From a virus, in the IMG/VR virus record IMGVR_UViG_3300009285_000007, positions 1 to 59,345 of that record: DNA of 59,345 bases; one strand, written 5' to 3'. Below, in pieces: positions 17,451 through 27,852 of the stretch; within the stretch, counting starts at the first letter, position 1, and the number at the start of each line of letters is the position of its first letter. The notes beneath the pieces were generated by a model. The model saw only the letters and a program-made list of their open reading frames with translations. It did not search any database and had not been told where the DNA came from. Made by a program: the position numbers and the translations under genes.

Positions 17451-17843
17451 ATGAGACGAGTGATTATCGAGAGTCCGTACGCTGCCGATACGCCCGAGCA
17501 GGTAGAGCGCAACATCGACTACCTTCTCAGTTGTATGGCCGATTGCCTACTCCGCGGTGAAGCCCCGTTCGCGAGCCACGCACTCTACCCGCAGGTGCTC
17601 AATGACAAAGACCCGGCAGAGCGCGCAATCGGAATCGGGGCCGGGCTTGCGTGGGGCTCGCAAGCCGAGGCGACGGTGGTCTACGACGACTTCGGGATCA
17701 CGCCGGGCATGGAGACGGGTATCAAGCGCGCGCACGACGAGGGGCGGCCAGTGGAGTATCGGAAGCTGTACTCACGCGAGGAGCAGTGCAAACAAGGTGT
17801 CCTTTCCGCCCTCGCCAGGTTCGACGAGTGGCAGAGGCGCTAG
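17451..17843 (+). CDS. Hypothetical protein (possibly nucleoside-deoxyribosyltransferase-like fold; weak)
   Basis: G-rich RBS. MRRVIIESPYAADTPEQVERNIDY... Confidence 0.7.
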   Translation: MRRVIIESPYAADTPEQVERNIDYLLSCMADCLLRGEAPFASHALYPQVLNDKDPAERAIGIGAGLAWGSQAEATVVYDDFGITPGMETGIKRAHDEGRPVEYRKLYSREEQCKQGVLSALARFDEWQRR

Positions 17844-17881
17844 ATTGCATGAGTTGAGGGTTACTCACAACGGAGGATGGA

Positions 17882-18187
17882 ATGCGCTGGGTGATGCAAT
17901 TCGACAGCCTCGTATCGGTGATGACGGACGAAGACTTGGTCAAAGCTGCGCCGCACTTCAGCGAGGCGAGGCGTATGTGGAAAGAGTACGGGCGCGACGG
18001 CGGTACATGCGTGCGCGGTGCTGGCATCGGCGTGCTGTACTTGCCGCCACGCTGCCGGAACCCTCGCGAGCAGGTAGTAATCCCGTCACCGTGGCAGGGT
18101 GACGGTGGCGACAGCGTGCGCATTCCCCTTAACTATCTCGCACGTCACGGCATTCCGGCGTTTCACGTGGCAGGGAGTATGGACTGA
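17882..18187 (+). CDS. Hypothetical protein
   Basis: GGAGGATGGA RBS. Confidence 0.75.
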   Translation: MRWVMQFDSLVSVMTDEDLVKAAPHFSEARRMWKEYGRDGGTCVRGAGIGVLYLPPRCRNPREQVVIPSPWQGDGGDSVRIPLNYLARHGIPAFHVAGSMD

Positions 18188-18684
18188 TGAAAACCATCAT
18201 CGGCATCGACCCGGGGCTTACAGGCGCCATCGCCGTGCTCGGTCCGGACGGCGAGACAGTGATCGACATGCCCATCGCTGTCGGCGGGCTGCGCGGGCAC
18301 AAGAGCCAGGTCGACGCGCTCACGCTCGGCATGGAACTCGGCGCGCACCCGGACGCGACAGTGTTCGTTGAGGTGCAGGGCGCGCGGCCGGGTGAGGGTG
18401 TCAGCAGCTCGCACACCAACGGCACCAACTTCGGAATCATCCTCGGCGTGCTCGGGGCGTTGCGCATGCGCTGGGAGCCCGTTGCCGCGCAGAAGTGGCG
18501 GCCGGCGATGGTTGGCCATCGTGGCCAGGGCGAGAGCAAGCGCGACAAGGGGCCGTCGCTGGCCACGGCGAGGCGGCTGTTCCCGGCGCTCGCAAGCTAC
18601 CTCGAGCGGAAGAAGGATCACGGGCGGGCCGAGGCGCTCTTGATTGCCGAGTGGGGCCGGCGGCGACTTGGCGGCGGCGCATGA
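18187..18684 (+). CDS. RuvC-like Holliday-junction resolvase
   Basis: MKTIIGIDPGLTGAIAVL...VFVEVQGARPGEG...GRAEALLIA fits the RuvC-fold pattern. TGATG coupling. Confidence 0.8.
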   Translation: MKTIIGIDPGLTGAIAVLGPDGETVIDMPIAVGGLRGHKSQVDALTLGMELGAHPDATVFVEVQGARPGEGVSSSHTNGTNFGIILGVLGALRMRWEPVAAQKWRPAMVGHRGQGESKRDKGPSLATARRLFPALASYLERKKDHGRAEALLIAEWGRRRLGGGA

Positions 18685-18778
18685 CCTGCCCACGCTGCGG
18701 AACTGAGTTGCGAGCACGGCTGCTGATCCGCGGCGTGTGGCGGTGGGTGTGTCTGCGGTGTGCGGAGAGGAGCGAGTG

Positions 18779-18779
<1 letters not shown>
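18681..18779 (+). CDS. Tiny Zn-ribbon protein (32 aa)
   Basis: MTCPRCGTELRARLLIRGVWRWVCLRCAERSE. ATGA overlap upstream and TGATG downstream. Confidence 0.5.
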
Positions 18780-19807
<1,028 letters not shown>

Positions 19808-20163
19808 ACTGTTCGCCGGCTACCCGCAAGCGGTGATGAGCCCGGCGGCGATTACGGCTTACTGGAGGCGGTGCTCCGGCATCATGCCCGAGGCGGTCGC
19901 GGTCGCATTCAACAAGGCGCCCTCACAGAGCCCGACATGGTGTCCGAGCGCGCAACTCGTTCGGGAGATTGCCATCGTCGAGGAGAAAGCGCGGTCAGGG
20001 CCGAGACCGGACCTCACCAGGCCAGCGCTTCCGGAACCGGAGCCGGAACTCGAGCCCGGCAATCCGTTCTACGAAACGCTGCAGCGATACAAGCGCGGAG
20101 AGATTCCCGGGCGGCAACTCGAGGGCGAGATTGTGCGGGCTGCGGCGAAGATCGGGGCAAGTC

Positions 20164-20835
20164 ATGATTGAGCAGGATCTACATGGCCCGCCCTGCGAGA
20201 GCGTCATCGAGAGCGATTTCGATTACCACGCGCGCAAGTACCTGCACCAAGAAGTCGTAATGGAGCGACAGGTCGAATTCCACACGGCGGTCGGCACATT
20301 CCGGGCTGACTTCGTCTTGTCGAGGCACGGTCGCCGTGTCGTGGTCGAGTGTGACGGCAGGGATTACCACCAGGCAGGCAGGGACGAGTGGCGCGATGCG
20401 ATGATTCTCGGCGAGAAGCACGCGGAGGTCATCGTCCGTTTGCCGGGCAACCTCCTGTACTGGAGGATTGCAGATGCCCTGTTTGTACTCGCCGCCTGGG
20501 AGCCGCAGCTCTTTGACGAGCGCGGCCTCGTCAACGTCAATGCGCTCGCTACGGATGCCGTCAAGGAAGCGGGCCAGCGCTCGACCGCAACCCGCACGTG
20601 GATCCATTACACTGGCGAGGACTTTGACGAAGTACGGGATCGCAACGTCTCGGTCTTGGTAGAGCGCAAGTGTGCTGAACAAACGGGGTCAGAGGAGCTT
20701 CGGGTGCAGTTGTGGATTTCCTGCTACGCATATGCCCAAGCTCACGGAGATATCGTAACCTTGGATGCCCTGATGGCGGCTTACTGGATCGATGACGAGG
20801 CTCCTGGTTCGAGTTTCGGGGGGGGGAGAGTTTGA
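20164..20835 (+). CDS. DUF559/Vsr-like (restriction-endonuclease-fold) domain protein
   Basis: FRADFVLSRHGRRVVVECDGRDYH is the DUF559-type motif from memory. An 8-nt overlap with the upstream gene. A G9 run sits near the 3' end. Confidence 0.7.
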   Translation: MIEQDLHGPPCESVIESDFDYHARKYLHQEVVMERQVEFHTAVGTFRADFVLSRHGRRVVVECDGRDYHQAGRDEWRDAMILGEKHAEVIVRLPGNLLYWRIADALFVLAAWEPQLFDERGLVNVNALATDAVKEAGQRSTATRTWIHYTGEDFDEVRDRNVSVLVERKCAEQTGSEELRVQLWISCYAYAQAHGDIVTLDALMAAYWIDDEAPGSSFGGGRV

Positions 20836-20859
20836 GGCGGCGTGAGTAGCAGATTGGAC

Positions 20860-20874
20860 TTGACAATGAAACGG
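20860..20874 (+). promoter_or_regulatory. Conserved AT-rich 15-mer TTGACAATGAAACGG, copy A (candidate promoter/regulator site)
   Basis: Identical to 28011..28025. Both copies lie upstream of late-type transcription units. Confidence 0.4.
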
Positions 20875-20958
20875 CTTGTTTGCCCCTCTGTAGGCACAGG
20901 TCAACAGCGTCGATTGCTACTCGTGCGGAGGTGGCTTGTGGTGCGTGAAGGGAAGCAC

Positions 20959-21081
20959 ATGACACGCACAGAGTTTTGCCGACTGCACGGAATCAGCTCG
21001 ATGACGCTTGGCCGATGGGCTCGACAATGCGCTGCCGCGGTGACCGGCGCCGACTTTGAGCGGGAGAAGACGGACCGATGA
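20959..21081 (+). CDS. Small HTH protein (40 aa)
   Basis: MTRTEFCRLHGISSMTLGRWARQ is HTH-like. GAAGGGAAG RBS. ATGA overlap with the downstream 583-aa gene. Confidence 0.5.
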   Translation: MTRTEFCRLHGISSMTLGRWARQCAAAVTGADFEREKTDR

Positions 21082-22829
21082 ATCTCGACAACACCAAGTC
21101 CTTACAAGTCGTACTCGACGCCGCGGTCGCAGCGAACGAGCTCCAGTGCGTCGTCGGCTACGAGCACCTCGACACGCGCGGCGTTCGTTCCGACAGCAGT
21201 GCCACCGCAGTCACCAGCGGCGCAACGGCCAAGGAGATCGTCGCGGCCCCGACAGGCGGTGATCGGATCGCCATCAAGTCTGTGGGCGTCTACAACGCCG
21301 ACACGGCCGCTGCGGCTGTCTCGGTACAGATGCTCGAAAGCTCGACCGCGTACACGCTAATCAAAGCGACGCTCGCAGCCGGAGAGACACTCACGTGGGA
21401 CGAGCGCAACGGGTGGAGGGCGACCACCACGACCGGCGCGGCGAAGACCGGACTCCCGGTTACTGCGTCGACGCTCAGTGATGGCAAGATCCCAATCGGA
21501 AGCTCGACGAACATCGCAGCCGAGAAGACGCTATCGGGTGACGCGACGATGACACGCGAAGGCGTGATCACCGTCGTCGATGTCACCGTGGGCTCAGACG
21601 CGGCCGGAGACCTGCCCTACAAGTCGAGTGCGACGGCGCTGGCGCGGCTCGCGATTGGCGCTGCTGGAGCTGTGTTGCAAGTCAATGCTGGCGCGACCGC
21701 GCCTCAGTGGGCGGCCATCTCTGGCGACGTGGCTGTCGCAGACGGTGGCGCGATGACGATCCAGCCCGACGCCGTCGAAGACTCGATGATCTTGAGCGAG
21801 ATCGTCAAGGACCTCGGGAGCCAAGCGGTCGGGCACGTGGACATCACGGGCGACGTAATCGACGGCGAGTCCGTGACGATCAATTCGCGCGTCTACGAGC
21901 TCGACACGCACGACGCGGAGACCATCACTGGCGACGTGCGCGTGGATGTGAGCGGTGGCTCGACAGTCAAGAGTCAGGGCACGCTGACGCTCGCAGAGAA
22001 CGCGGCCAACACCAACACGGTCACCATCGGAGCCAAGGTCTACACGTTCCAGGATGTGCTGACGGACGTTGATGGCAACGTGGCAGTCGGCGCCGATGCC
22101 AGTGGTAGCATCGACAACCTCATCGCTGCGATCATGCTTGGCGCCGGCTCGGGAACTGCCTACGCTGCGTCGACTACGCTGCACCCGACTGTGACTGCCG
22201 CTGCAGGTGCCGCCGACACGATGGTCGTAACCGCGAAAGAGGGCGGCACGGCCGGCGACGCCATCGCTACCACCGACACGCTTGCCGGTGCCTCGGCGTT
22301 CGACGATGTCACGCTCGGCACCACGACCGCCGGTGTCGACCCGATTGCGACCGAGGCCGCGACCGCGCTCGTGGCAGCCGTCAACGCGGACGTGAGCAGG
22401 GTCGTCGATGCCATCGATGTCGGCGACGGCACCGTGCTGTTCGTCGCCAAGGCGGCCGGTGCGAGCAACTACGCGCTGGCGAAGTCCGGCACCAACATCG
22501 TCGTGAGCGCTGCGGCTTGCGTCGGGGCCGCCGTAGCTGCGGTCAAGAGCGTGCACAAGCTGCGGCGCGCAATCACCGCCGCCGATGCGACTGTGACCAC
22601 GGACACCGATGGGACTATCGCCATCGGTGGCATTCCGGCCACGTCTGCCCCGACCGTGTTCATTGCGCAGTGCCGCGACTCGGCTGGTGCACCGAAGGCC
22701 ATCTCCACGGTCGAATTCGTGTGGGCGCAGGCGAACACGAATTTCTACGTGCTCAAGGCGGTCGAGAACCAGAACGGGGCGACTGCGCTGGCGGACGGTG
22801 ACGTGATCGATGTGATCGTGATTGAGTAA
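21078..22829 (+). CDS. Fibre-like virion structural protein (Ala/Thr/Gly/Val-rich, 583 aa)
   Basis: LARLAIGAAGAVLQVNAGATAPQWAA motif recalled from phage tail-fibre proteins. Internal repeat ESVTINSRVYELD / NTVTIGAKVYTFQD. Confidence 0.7.
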   Translation: MNLDNTKSLQVVLDAAVAANELQCVVGYEHLDTRGVRSDSSATAVTSGATAKEIVAAPTGGDRIAIKSVGVYNADTAAAAVSVQMLESSTAYTLIKATLAAGETLTWDERNGWRATTTTGAAKTGLPVTASTLSDGKIPIGSSTNIAAEKTLSGDATMTREGVITVVDVTVGSDAAGDLPYKSSATALARLAIGAAGAVLQVNAGATAPQWAAISGDVAVADGGAMTIQPDAVEDSMILSEIVKDLGSQAVGHVDITGDVIDGESVTINSRVYELDTHDAETITGDVRVDVSGGSTVKSQGTLTLAENAANTNTVTIGAKVYTFQDVLTDVDGNVAVGADASGSIDNLIAAIMLGAGSGTAYAASTTLHPTVTAAAGAADTMVVTAKEGGTAGDAIATTDTLAGASAFDDVTLGTTTAGVDPIATEAATALVAAVNADVSRVVDAIDVGDGTVLFVAKAAGASNYALAKSGTNIVVSAAACVGAAVAAVKSVHKLRRAITAADATVTTDTDGTIAIGGIPATSAPTVFIAQCRDSAGAPKAISTVEFVWAQANTNFYVLKAVENQNGATALADGDVIDVIVIE

Positions 22830-22836
22830 CAGGTTG

Positions 22837-22899
22837 CGGGGCGTCCGGGTTACCCTGGCGGTCACATGGTGTGACTGACTGCCGGCCGTCCCGCTTTTC
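22837..22899 (+). terminator. Putative intrinsic terminator after the fibre-like gene
   Basis: cggggcgtccgg ... ccggccgtcccg forms a 12-bp stem with 2 mismatches around an inner GTCACAtggTGTGAC hairpin, followed by CTTTTC. Confidence 0.45.
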
Positions 22900-22930
22900 G
22901 AGTTGAACACAACGCACCTGGAGGCGCAAC

Positions 22931-23290
22931 GTGGCGGATGAGAGACCGGAAGCGGCGAACGAGTTGCCGGCAAGGCTGAGCGAACCAGGCGACGCGGCTC
23001 TACCTGTCGCCTACGCCTCGGCGAAGATGCGGGTCATTCAGCGGCCGTTCTGGCAGTGGAAGTGCTCCGGCTGTGGCGAGCAGTTCGAGGTCGACCACCC
23101 CGAGGCCGTCAAAGCGCTCGGTGACCACAAGCGCGGGATCACGGTCGAGCGGTGCCCGAAATGTGGCGCGGCTTACCGCGTGCAGCGCGAGCTGGTGCTG
23201 AGCGGCGCGAGCGGCCCCAATCGGCACGCGCGGCGGGCGATGCTGGCGCGGGTCAACGGAGGAGCGGATGGGCCGGTGGTGCTGAAGTAG
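22931..23290 (+). CDS. Hypothetical Zn-ribbon protein
   Basis: GTG start follows GGAGG. CSGCG...CPKCG. Confidence 0.65.
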   Translation: MADERPEAANELPARLSEPGDAALPVAYASAKMRVIQRPFWQWKCSGCGEQFEVDHPEAVKALGDHKRGITVERCPKCGAAYRVQRELVLSGASGPNRHARRAMLARVNGGADGPVVLK

Positions 23291-23303
23291 GCAGGAGGCC
23301 GAC

Positions 23304-23684
23304 GTGGTGAAGCGCAAGGCAACGAAAGCGGCGGCTAGAAAGCCTCGTGCTGGCAAGAATGGAGCATCACGCGGCCCGCATCGCTGGGCCCCTGGGCAGT
23401 CCGGTAACCCGCTGGGGCGCGTGCCTGACGAGGAGCTAGCCAACGCGAGAGAGGCGGCGCGCAGACTCATCTTGCCGCACGCGCAAGACCTCGTTCAGAC
23501 GCTCGTTGACATTGCGAACAGAGGCAAGAGCGAAAGGGCGCGCATTCACGCCGCCGAGGCGCTGCTTGACCGCCTTTATGGCAAGGCCCCGCAGAGCGTA
23601 GAAGTCACAGGGAAAGACGGCGGACCGGTCGGCCAGATCATCGTCCGCTTGGTGAAGCCCGGCGAGGATGGTGTCAGTGCGTGA
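23304..23684 (+). CDS. terS: Terminase small subunit (DUF5681-like; WAPGQSGNPLGR motif)
   Basis: AGGAGG RBS and GTG start. The motif and the position before TerL support the call. Confidence 0.75.
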   Translation: MVKRKATKAAARKPRAGKNGASRGPHRWAPGQSGNPLGRVPDEELANAREAARRLILPHAQDLVQTLVDIANRGKSERARIHAAEALLDRLYGKAPQSVEVTGKDGGPVGQIIVRLVKPGEDGVSA

Positions 23685-24933
23685 CATCCATCTAGACCTA
23701 CCAGAGAAGATCGGCTTCATGCTCGAGCCCGCGCGCTACAAGGCAGCTTATGGCGGCCGCGGGTCTGGGAAGTCGTGGGGGTTCGCTCGCGCCGCCCTGG
23801 TCTACGCGCTTGAGCGCCGCCGCCGTATTCTTTGTGCGCGCGAGCTCCAGCTTTCAATCCAGGACTCAGTCCACAAGCTACTGAAAGAGCAGATCGAAGC
23901 CCTCGGCGTTGCCTCCGACTTCGAGGTGCTACAGACTGCGATCCGCGGGCGCAACGGATCGGAGTTCATTTTTAGTGGGCTTCGCAGCAACATCACCAAG
24001 ATCAAGTCCATGGAGGGGGTTGATGTCTGCTGGGTGGAGGAGGCAGAGGTTGTTAGCGAGGACAGTTGGAAGGTTCTCATTCCGACCATCCGCAAACCCG
24101 GCTCAGAGATCTGGGCGAGCTTCAACACCGGCGAAGAGACAGACCCGGCTTATCAGCGGTTCGTTGCTCACCCGCCGCCCGGCGCTCGTGTTGTCGAGAT
24201 AAATTCCGAGGACAACCCATGGCTGCCGGAAGAGTTGCGGCGTGAGCGCGAGTACCTGTACAGCGTCGACCCGGAGGCGGCAGCGAATGTGTGGGGCGGG
24301 AAGCCGCGGCGCAACAACAACGCCAACGTGCTCCGCGGCCGCTACGTCGTCGAGCCGTTCGAGCCGCAAGAGGACTGGAGTGGCCCGTACTATGGCGCCG
24401 ATTGGGGCTTCGCCAATGACCCCACCGTGCTCGTTCGCGAGTGGGTGCACGGGCGGACGCTCTACATCGAGCATGAGGCGTATGGGCTCGGCATCGACAT
24501 TGACGATACGCCGGAGTTGTTCAAGCGCGTTCCCGAGTCGCAACTGCACGTCATTCGCGCTGACAGCGCCAGGCCGGAGACCATTTCGCACATGCGCCGG
24601 CACGGCTTCGAGCGCATGGAGGGGGCGATCAAGGGGCCCGGCAGCATCGAGGACGGCGTTGAGCACTTGCGCAGCTACGAGCGGATCGTCATCCATCCAC
24701 GGTGCACGCTGGCCAAGCAGCAGGCGCGGCTGTGGTCGTACAAGGTCGACAGGCTGACTGGAGACGTGATGCCCGTACTCGTCGACAAACACAACGACGT
24801 GTGGGATGCTACAAGATACGCGCTCGAGCCGATCATCAGGGCGTCCAACGCGGGCGACCTCGACGCCGACCCCGATGCCGTGGCGACTGGGTACACGTGG
24901 GGGATCGATGAGGCGGGAGATGATGATGAGTGA
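23668..24933 (+). CDS. terL: Terminase large subunit (PBSX/Terminase_3-like)
   Basis: Walker A GGRGSGKS, Walker B-like DVCWVEEAE, C-terminal nuclease region (YGADWGF...DVWDATRYA). Confidence 0.92.
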   Translation: MVSVRDIHLDLPEKIGFMLEPARYKAAYGGRGSGKSWGFARAALVYALERRRRILCARELQLSIQDSVHKLLKEQIEALGVASDFEVLQTAIRGRNGSEFIFSGLRSNITKIKSMEGVDVCWVEEAEVVSEDSWKVLIPTIRKPGSEIWASFNTGEETDPAYQRFVAHPPPGARVVEINSEDNPWLPEELRREREYLYSVDPEAAANVWGGKPRRNNNANVLRGRYVVEPFEPQEDWSGPYYGADWGFANDPTVLVREWVHGRTLYIEHEAYGLGIDIDDTPELFKRVPESQLHVIRADSARPETISHMRRHGFERMEGAIKGPGSIEDGVEHLRSYERIVIHPRCTLAKQQARLWSYKVDRLTGDVMPVLVDKHNDVWDATRYALEPIIRASNAGDLDADPDAVATGYTWGIDEAGDDDE

Positions 24934-24942
24934 CGAGCACGC

Positions 24943-25179
24943 ATGGACCAGGGCCGTGGCGTAGGCGCGACGATGTCTGACATCCAGCCATCTCGCGGCA
25001 TCCCACTCGCCTACTTCTCCTGGCTCGCTAATCACCCGCGCTGCCAGTGCGGTGGCGACTGGTCCTATGACCGGCCGGATGGTGCCAGGTGCTCCGAGTG
25101 CGGCAAGCGCGCAATGGCGCTGTGGGCTGAGTCGGCAGGGCTGAAGGTCGACGTGGCCAAGCATGGAGGCGCCAAGTAG
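24943..25179 (+). CDS. Hypothetical Cys-rich protein
   Basis: Coding-like third positions. CQCGG...CSECG. Start uncertain (24943 or 24973). Confidence 0.5.
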   Translation: MDQGRGVGATMSDIQPSRGIPLAYFSWLANHPRCQCGGDWSYDRPDGARCSECGKRAMALWAESAGLKVDVAKHGGAK

Positions 25180-25184
25180 ACGCC

Positions 25185-26129
25185 ATGTGCTCCATCTTCG
25201 CGCCTACCCTCGACGATGTTGCCAAGGTCAGCCGCACCCGCTGGCGGGCCCGCAGGCATCGTACCATCGAGACGCGAGCCAATGCGCTCGAGGTGGGCGT
25301 GCAGGCGTGGCTGGACCGCTACGCACGTGCGAAGCTGCGCGAGGTCAACGAGCGGCTCGAGTCTGGCGGCATTGGCGGTCTCAAGCGGTCGCGACTGGCG
25401 AAAAGACTGCCTGACGACTTGAGCGACCTCGAGCGCGAACTCGCCGAGTTGATCGCCAAGTTCGGTCTTGCGCAGGCAGAGGCGGCCGGGGCGGACGCGT
25501 CGCGCTCTGCCGGCGGGGCGTGGCGCGTGCGGCCACAACTCAAGGAGCAACTCTACCAACAGGCGGCCAACAAGGTCGTGCTGCTCGTCCAGGACACCGA
25601 GTCGATGGTGCGCGACTCGATCCGGCGCATCATCACCGACGCGCTCACCGAGGTCCCACGCCCGTCGCCGCGCGAAGTCGGCCGCCGCATCGCCAGGCAG
25701 TGGATGGGTCCCGCCTCGTTGCGCGTGCCGGCGCGGGGCAGTCTTGAGGAAACTCGCGTCACCGCAGACTGGCGTCGCACGCAACGAGAGATCGACGCTG
25801 GCGGGCGCGAGCACATCTTCGCGTTCAGCCGCGCGCAGACCATCGCCAGGACCGAGCTCGGCCGCGCAGACAACCAGGGGATCGCCGAAGGCTTCGCCGT
25901 TGCCGGTGTCGAGCAAGTCGGCTGGCTTCCATTCGCCAACGACGGGCGGTCGGGTAAGCGGCAGCACTGGCGTATGGCGACGCAATCCATTACCGTCGAG
26001 GCGATGCAGGGCAAGGACAGCTCGAAGTGGTTTCGACTGCCGAATGGGGAGCGGGCGCCGTACCCGCACTATCTCGGGCTGTCGGCGTTCAACGTGGTGA
26101 ACTGTCGATGCACGCTGGTGCCGAAGTGA
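25185..26129 (+). CDS. Head morphogenesis protein (Mu gpF / SPP1 gp7-like)
   Basis: RAQTIARTELGRADNQG ... HWRM ... NCRCTL pattern is typical of Phage_Mu_F. Confidence 0.8.
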   Translation: MCSIFAPTLDDVAKVSRTRWRARRHRTIETRANALEVGVQAWLDRYARAKLREVNERLESGGIGGLKRSRLAKRLPDDLSDLERELAELIAKFGLAQAEAAGADASRSAGGAWRVRPQLKEQLYQQAANKVVLLVQDTESMVRDSIRRIITDALTEVPRPSPREVGRRIARQWMGPASLRVPARGSLEETRVTADWRRTQREIDAGGREHIFAFSRAQTIARTELGRADNQGIAEGFAVAGVEQVGWLPFANDGRSGKRQHWRMATQSITVEAMQGKDSSKWFRLPNGERAPYPHYLGLSAFNVVNCRCTLVPK

Positions 26130-26202
26130 TGACGATGACCGGCCGCCAACAGGGTGACGTGGCCACTACGCGGTGCGCACAGGCGTACCGTTGGAGGCGG
26201 CT

Positions 26203-27852
26203 ATGTCCCGACGCGGGATCCGCGGCAGGATCGAGAAGGCGGCCGGCGCGGTCGTAGACGCGGCCGGCGAGACAGCGGACCGACTGCTCAATCTGGTGCC
26301 AACGGGTATCAGCGGGTTGAAGCGCTCGGGTGGATACGTCTACGACGAATTCCATCCGCGACTCTACGGCAAGAAGGCGATCAAGACCTACCGCGAGATG
26401 GCGGACAACGACGCCGTGTGTGGATCGATCCTCTGGTCTCAAGAGGCATTCGTCCGCCAGGCACCGTGGAACCTGAATCCCGAGGACGAGGGCCAGCCCG
26501 AGGCGGTGTTCTACCGCGACCGCATTCACGAGATGTTCAACGACATGAGCCACACGCCACAGGAGATGATGAGCGACGTGATGAGCATGGTGTGGGCCGG
26601 CTACTCTTGGCACGAGATCGTCTACAAGATCCGACGCGGCAACAACCCGCTGCCGCAGCTTCGCAGCAAGCACGACGACGGCCTCGTGGGCGTGCGCAAG
26701 ATCGAGATCAGGGCGCAAGAGTCCATCGAGAGATGGGACTTTGCCGACGACGGTGGCGTGACCGGCGCGTGGCAACAGGCGTGGCCGGACTTCCGCATGC
26801 GGCATCTCGACATCAACAAGTCATTGCTGTTCCGCATCCGAGCGAACAAGTCAAACCCGGAGGGCCGGAGCCTTCTTCGCAACGCACATCGGTCGTGGTG
26901 GTTTCTAAAGCGCATCCAAGAGCTCGAGGCCATCGGCGTCGAGCGCGACATGGCTGGGCTGCTTGTCTTCGAGATGCCGCCCGAGTTTTTCAGCAGGCTC
27001 GCCACACCGAAGCAGCTCGCGGCCGTCTCGCACTGGCGCAAGATCCTGCAGCGCGCTCGCCGCGGGGAGTACGACGGGCTCCTGTTCCCCGCCGAGCAGG
27101 ACAAGAACGGCGTGACCGGGTGGAAGGCCAGACTCATGCAGTCCGGTGGTCGCCGGCCGATGGATGTGGACGGGATCATCAAGCGTCTTGAGTCACGCAT
27201 TGCGCTGTCCGTGCTCGGCGAGGCCGTGTTGCTCGGCATGCAAGGCAACGTGGGCTCGTGGTCGTTGGCATCTAGCAAGACGCACATGTTTGCGGTCGCA
27301 CTCAAAGCCGAGATGGACGCCATCGCCGACGTGTTCAATCGTTTTCTCATCCCGCGCATCATGGAACTCAACAACTGGCCGCTCGCGGCGGCACCACGCT
27401 ACGAGTTCGGCGACATCGAGAACGACGACGCGCTCGAGCTCATCAATGCGCTGTCCTCGGCCGCGTCCGCGGGAATCATCGTGCCGGACCGCTCCATCGA
27501 GACTTACCTCCGCAAGCGCATGGGGCTGCCGGCGCGCGAGGATATCGACATGTCGAGCGGGCAGGCCCAAGACGCTGTCGGGGCATTTGCAGAGCATGAG
27601 AAGGATCTCAGCGACGGCGAGCAGGATCTCGAAGCCGAGGACGCACTGAGCAACGTGATCCCGATTCAGCCGGCGACGGCGCCATCGGAGACCCTGAGCG
27701 CCAACGACGCGGCACAACTGCTTGGCGTGAGTCGGGCGGTCATCAACCGCGCGATCTCATCCGGACAGTTGCCTGGCAACAAGGTCGGCGGCGGCTATCG
27801 CGTCTTCCGCTCCGATTTGATGGCGTACATGCGCAGCCAGAGGGCAGCATGA
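26203..27852 (+). CDS. Portal protein with C-terminal excisionase-type HTH
   Basis: GGAGG RBS. KTYREMADNDAVCGSILWS... is portal-like (Mu gp29/DUF935-type from memory). The last ~50 aa, LSANDAAQLLGVSRAVINRAISSGQLPGNKVGGGYRVFRSDLMAYM, form an HTH_17-like motif. Confidence 0.8.
   Translation: MSRRGIRGRIEKAAGAVVDAAGETADRLLNLVPTGISGLKRSGGYVYDEFHPRLYGKKAIKTYREMADNDAVCGSILWSQEAFVRQAPWNLNPEDEGQPEAVFYRDRIHEMFNDMSHTPQEMMSDVMSMVWAGYSWHEIVYKIRRGNNPLPQLRSKHDDGLVGVRKIEIRAQESIERWDFADDGGVTGAWQQAWPDFRMRHLDINKSLLFRIRANKSNPEGRSLLRNAHRSWWFLKRIQELEAIGVERDMAGLLVFEMPPEFFSRLATPKQLAAVSHWRKILQRARRGEYDGLLFPAEQDKNGVTGWKARLMQSGGRRPMDVDGIIKRLESRIALSVLGEAVLLGMQGNVGSWSLASSKTHMFAVALKAEMDAIADVFNRFLIPRIMELNNWPLAAAPRYEFGDIENDDALELINALSSAASAGIIVPDRSIETYLRKRMGLPAREDIDMSSGQAQDAVGAFAEHEKDLSDGEQDLEAEDALSNVIPIQPATAPSETLSANDAAQLLGVSRAVINRAISSGQLPGNKVGGGYRVFRSDLMAYMRSQRAA

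Noticed and set aside
20844-20922. 8-bp inverted repeat GAGTAGCA/TGCTACTC flanking the 15-mer at copy A
   Set aside because: Arms of only 8 bp, 63 nt apart. No counterpart at copy B. Plausibly chance.
21594-22973. 459-aa minus-strand ORF
   Set aside because: Antisense to the fibre-like gene. Arg/Gly/Asp/His-rich composition, no RBS, no coupling to neighbours. A typical shadow ORF of GC-rich DNA.
24103-26069. Two long minus-strand ORFs (353 aa and 334 aa)
   Set aside because: Antisense to the terminase large subunit and the Mu-F-like gene. Arg/Pro/Gly-rich with no motifs.
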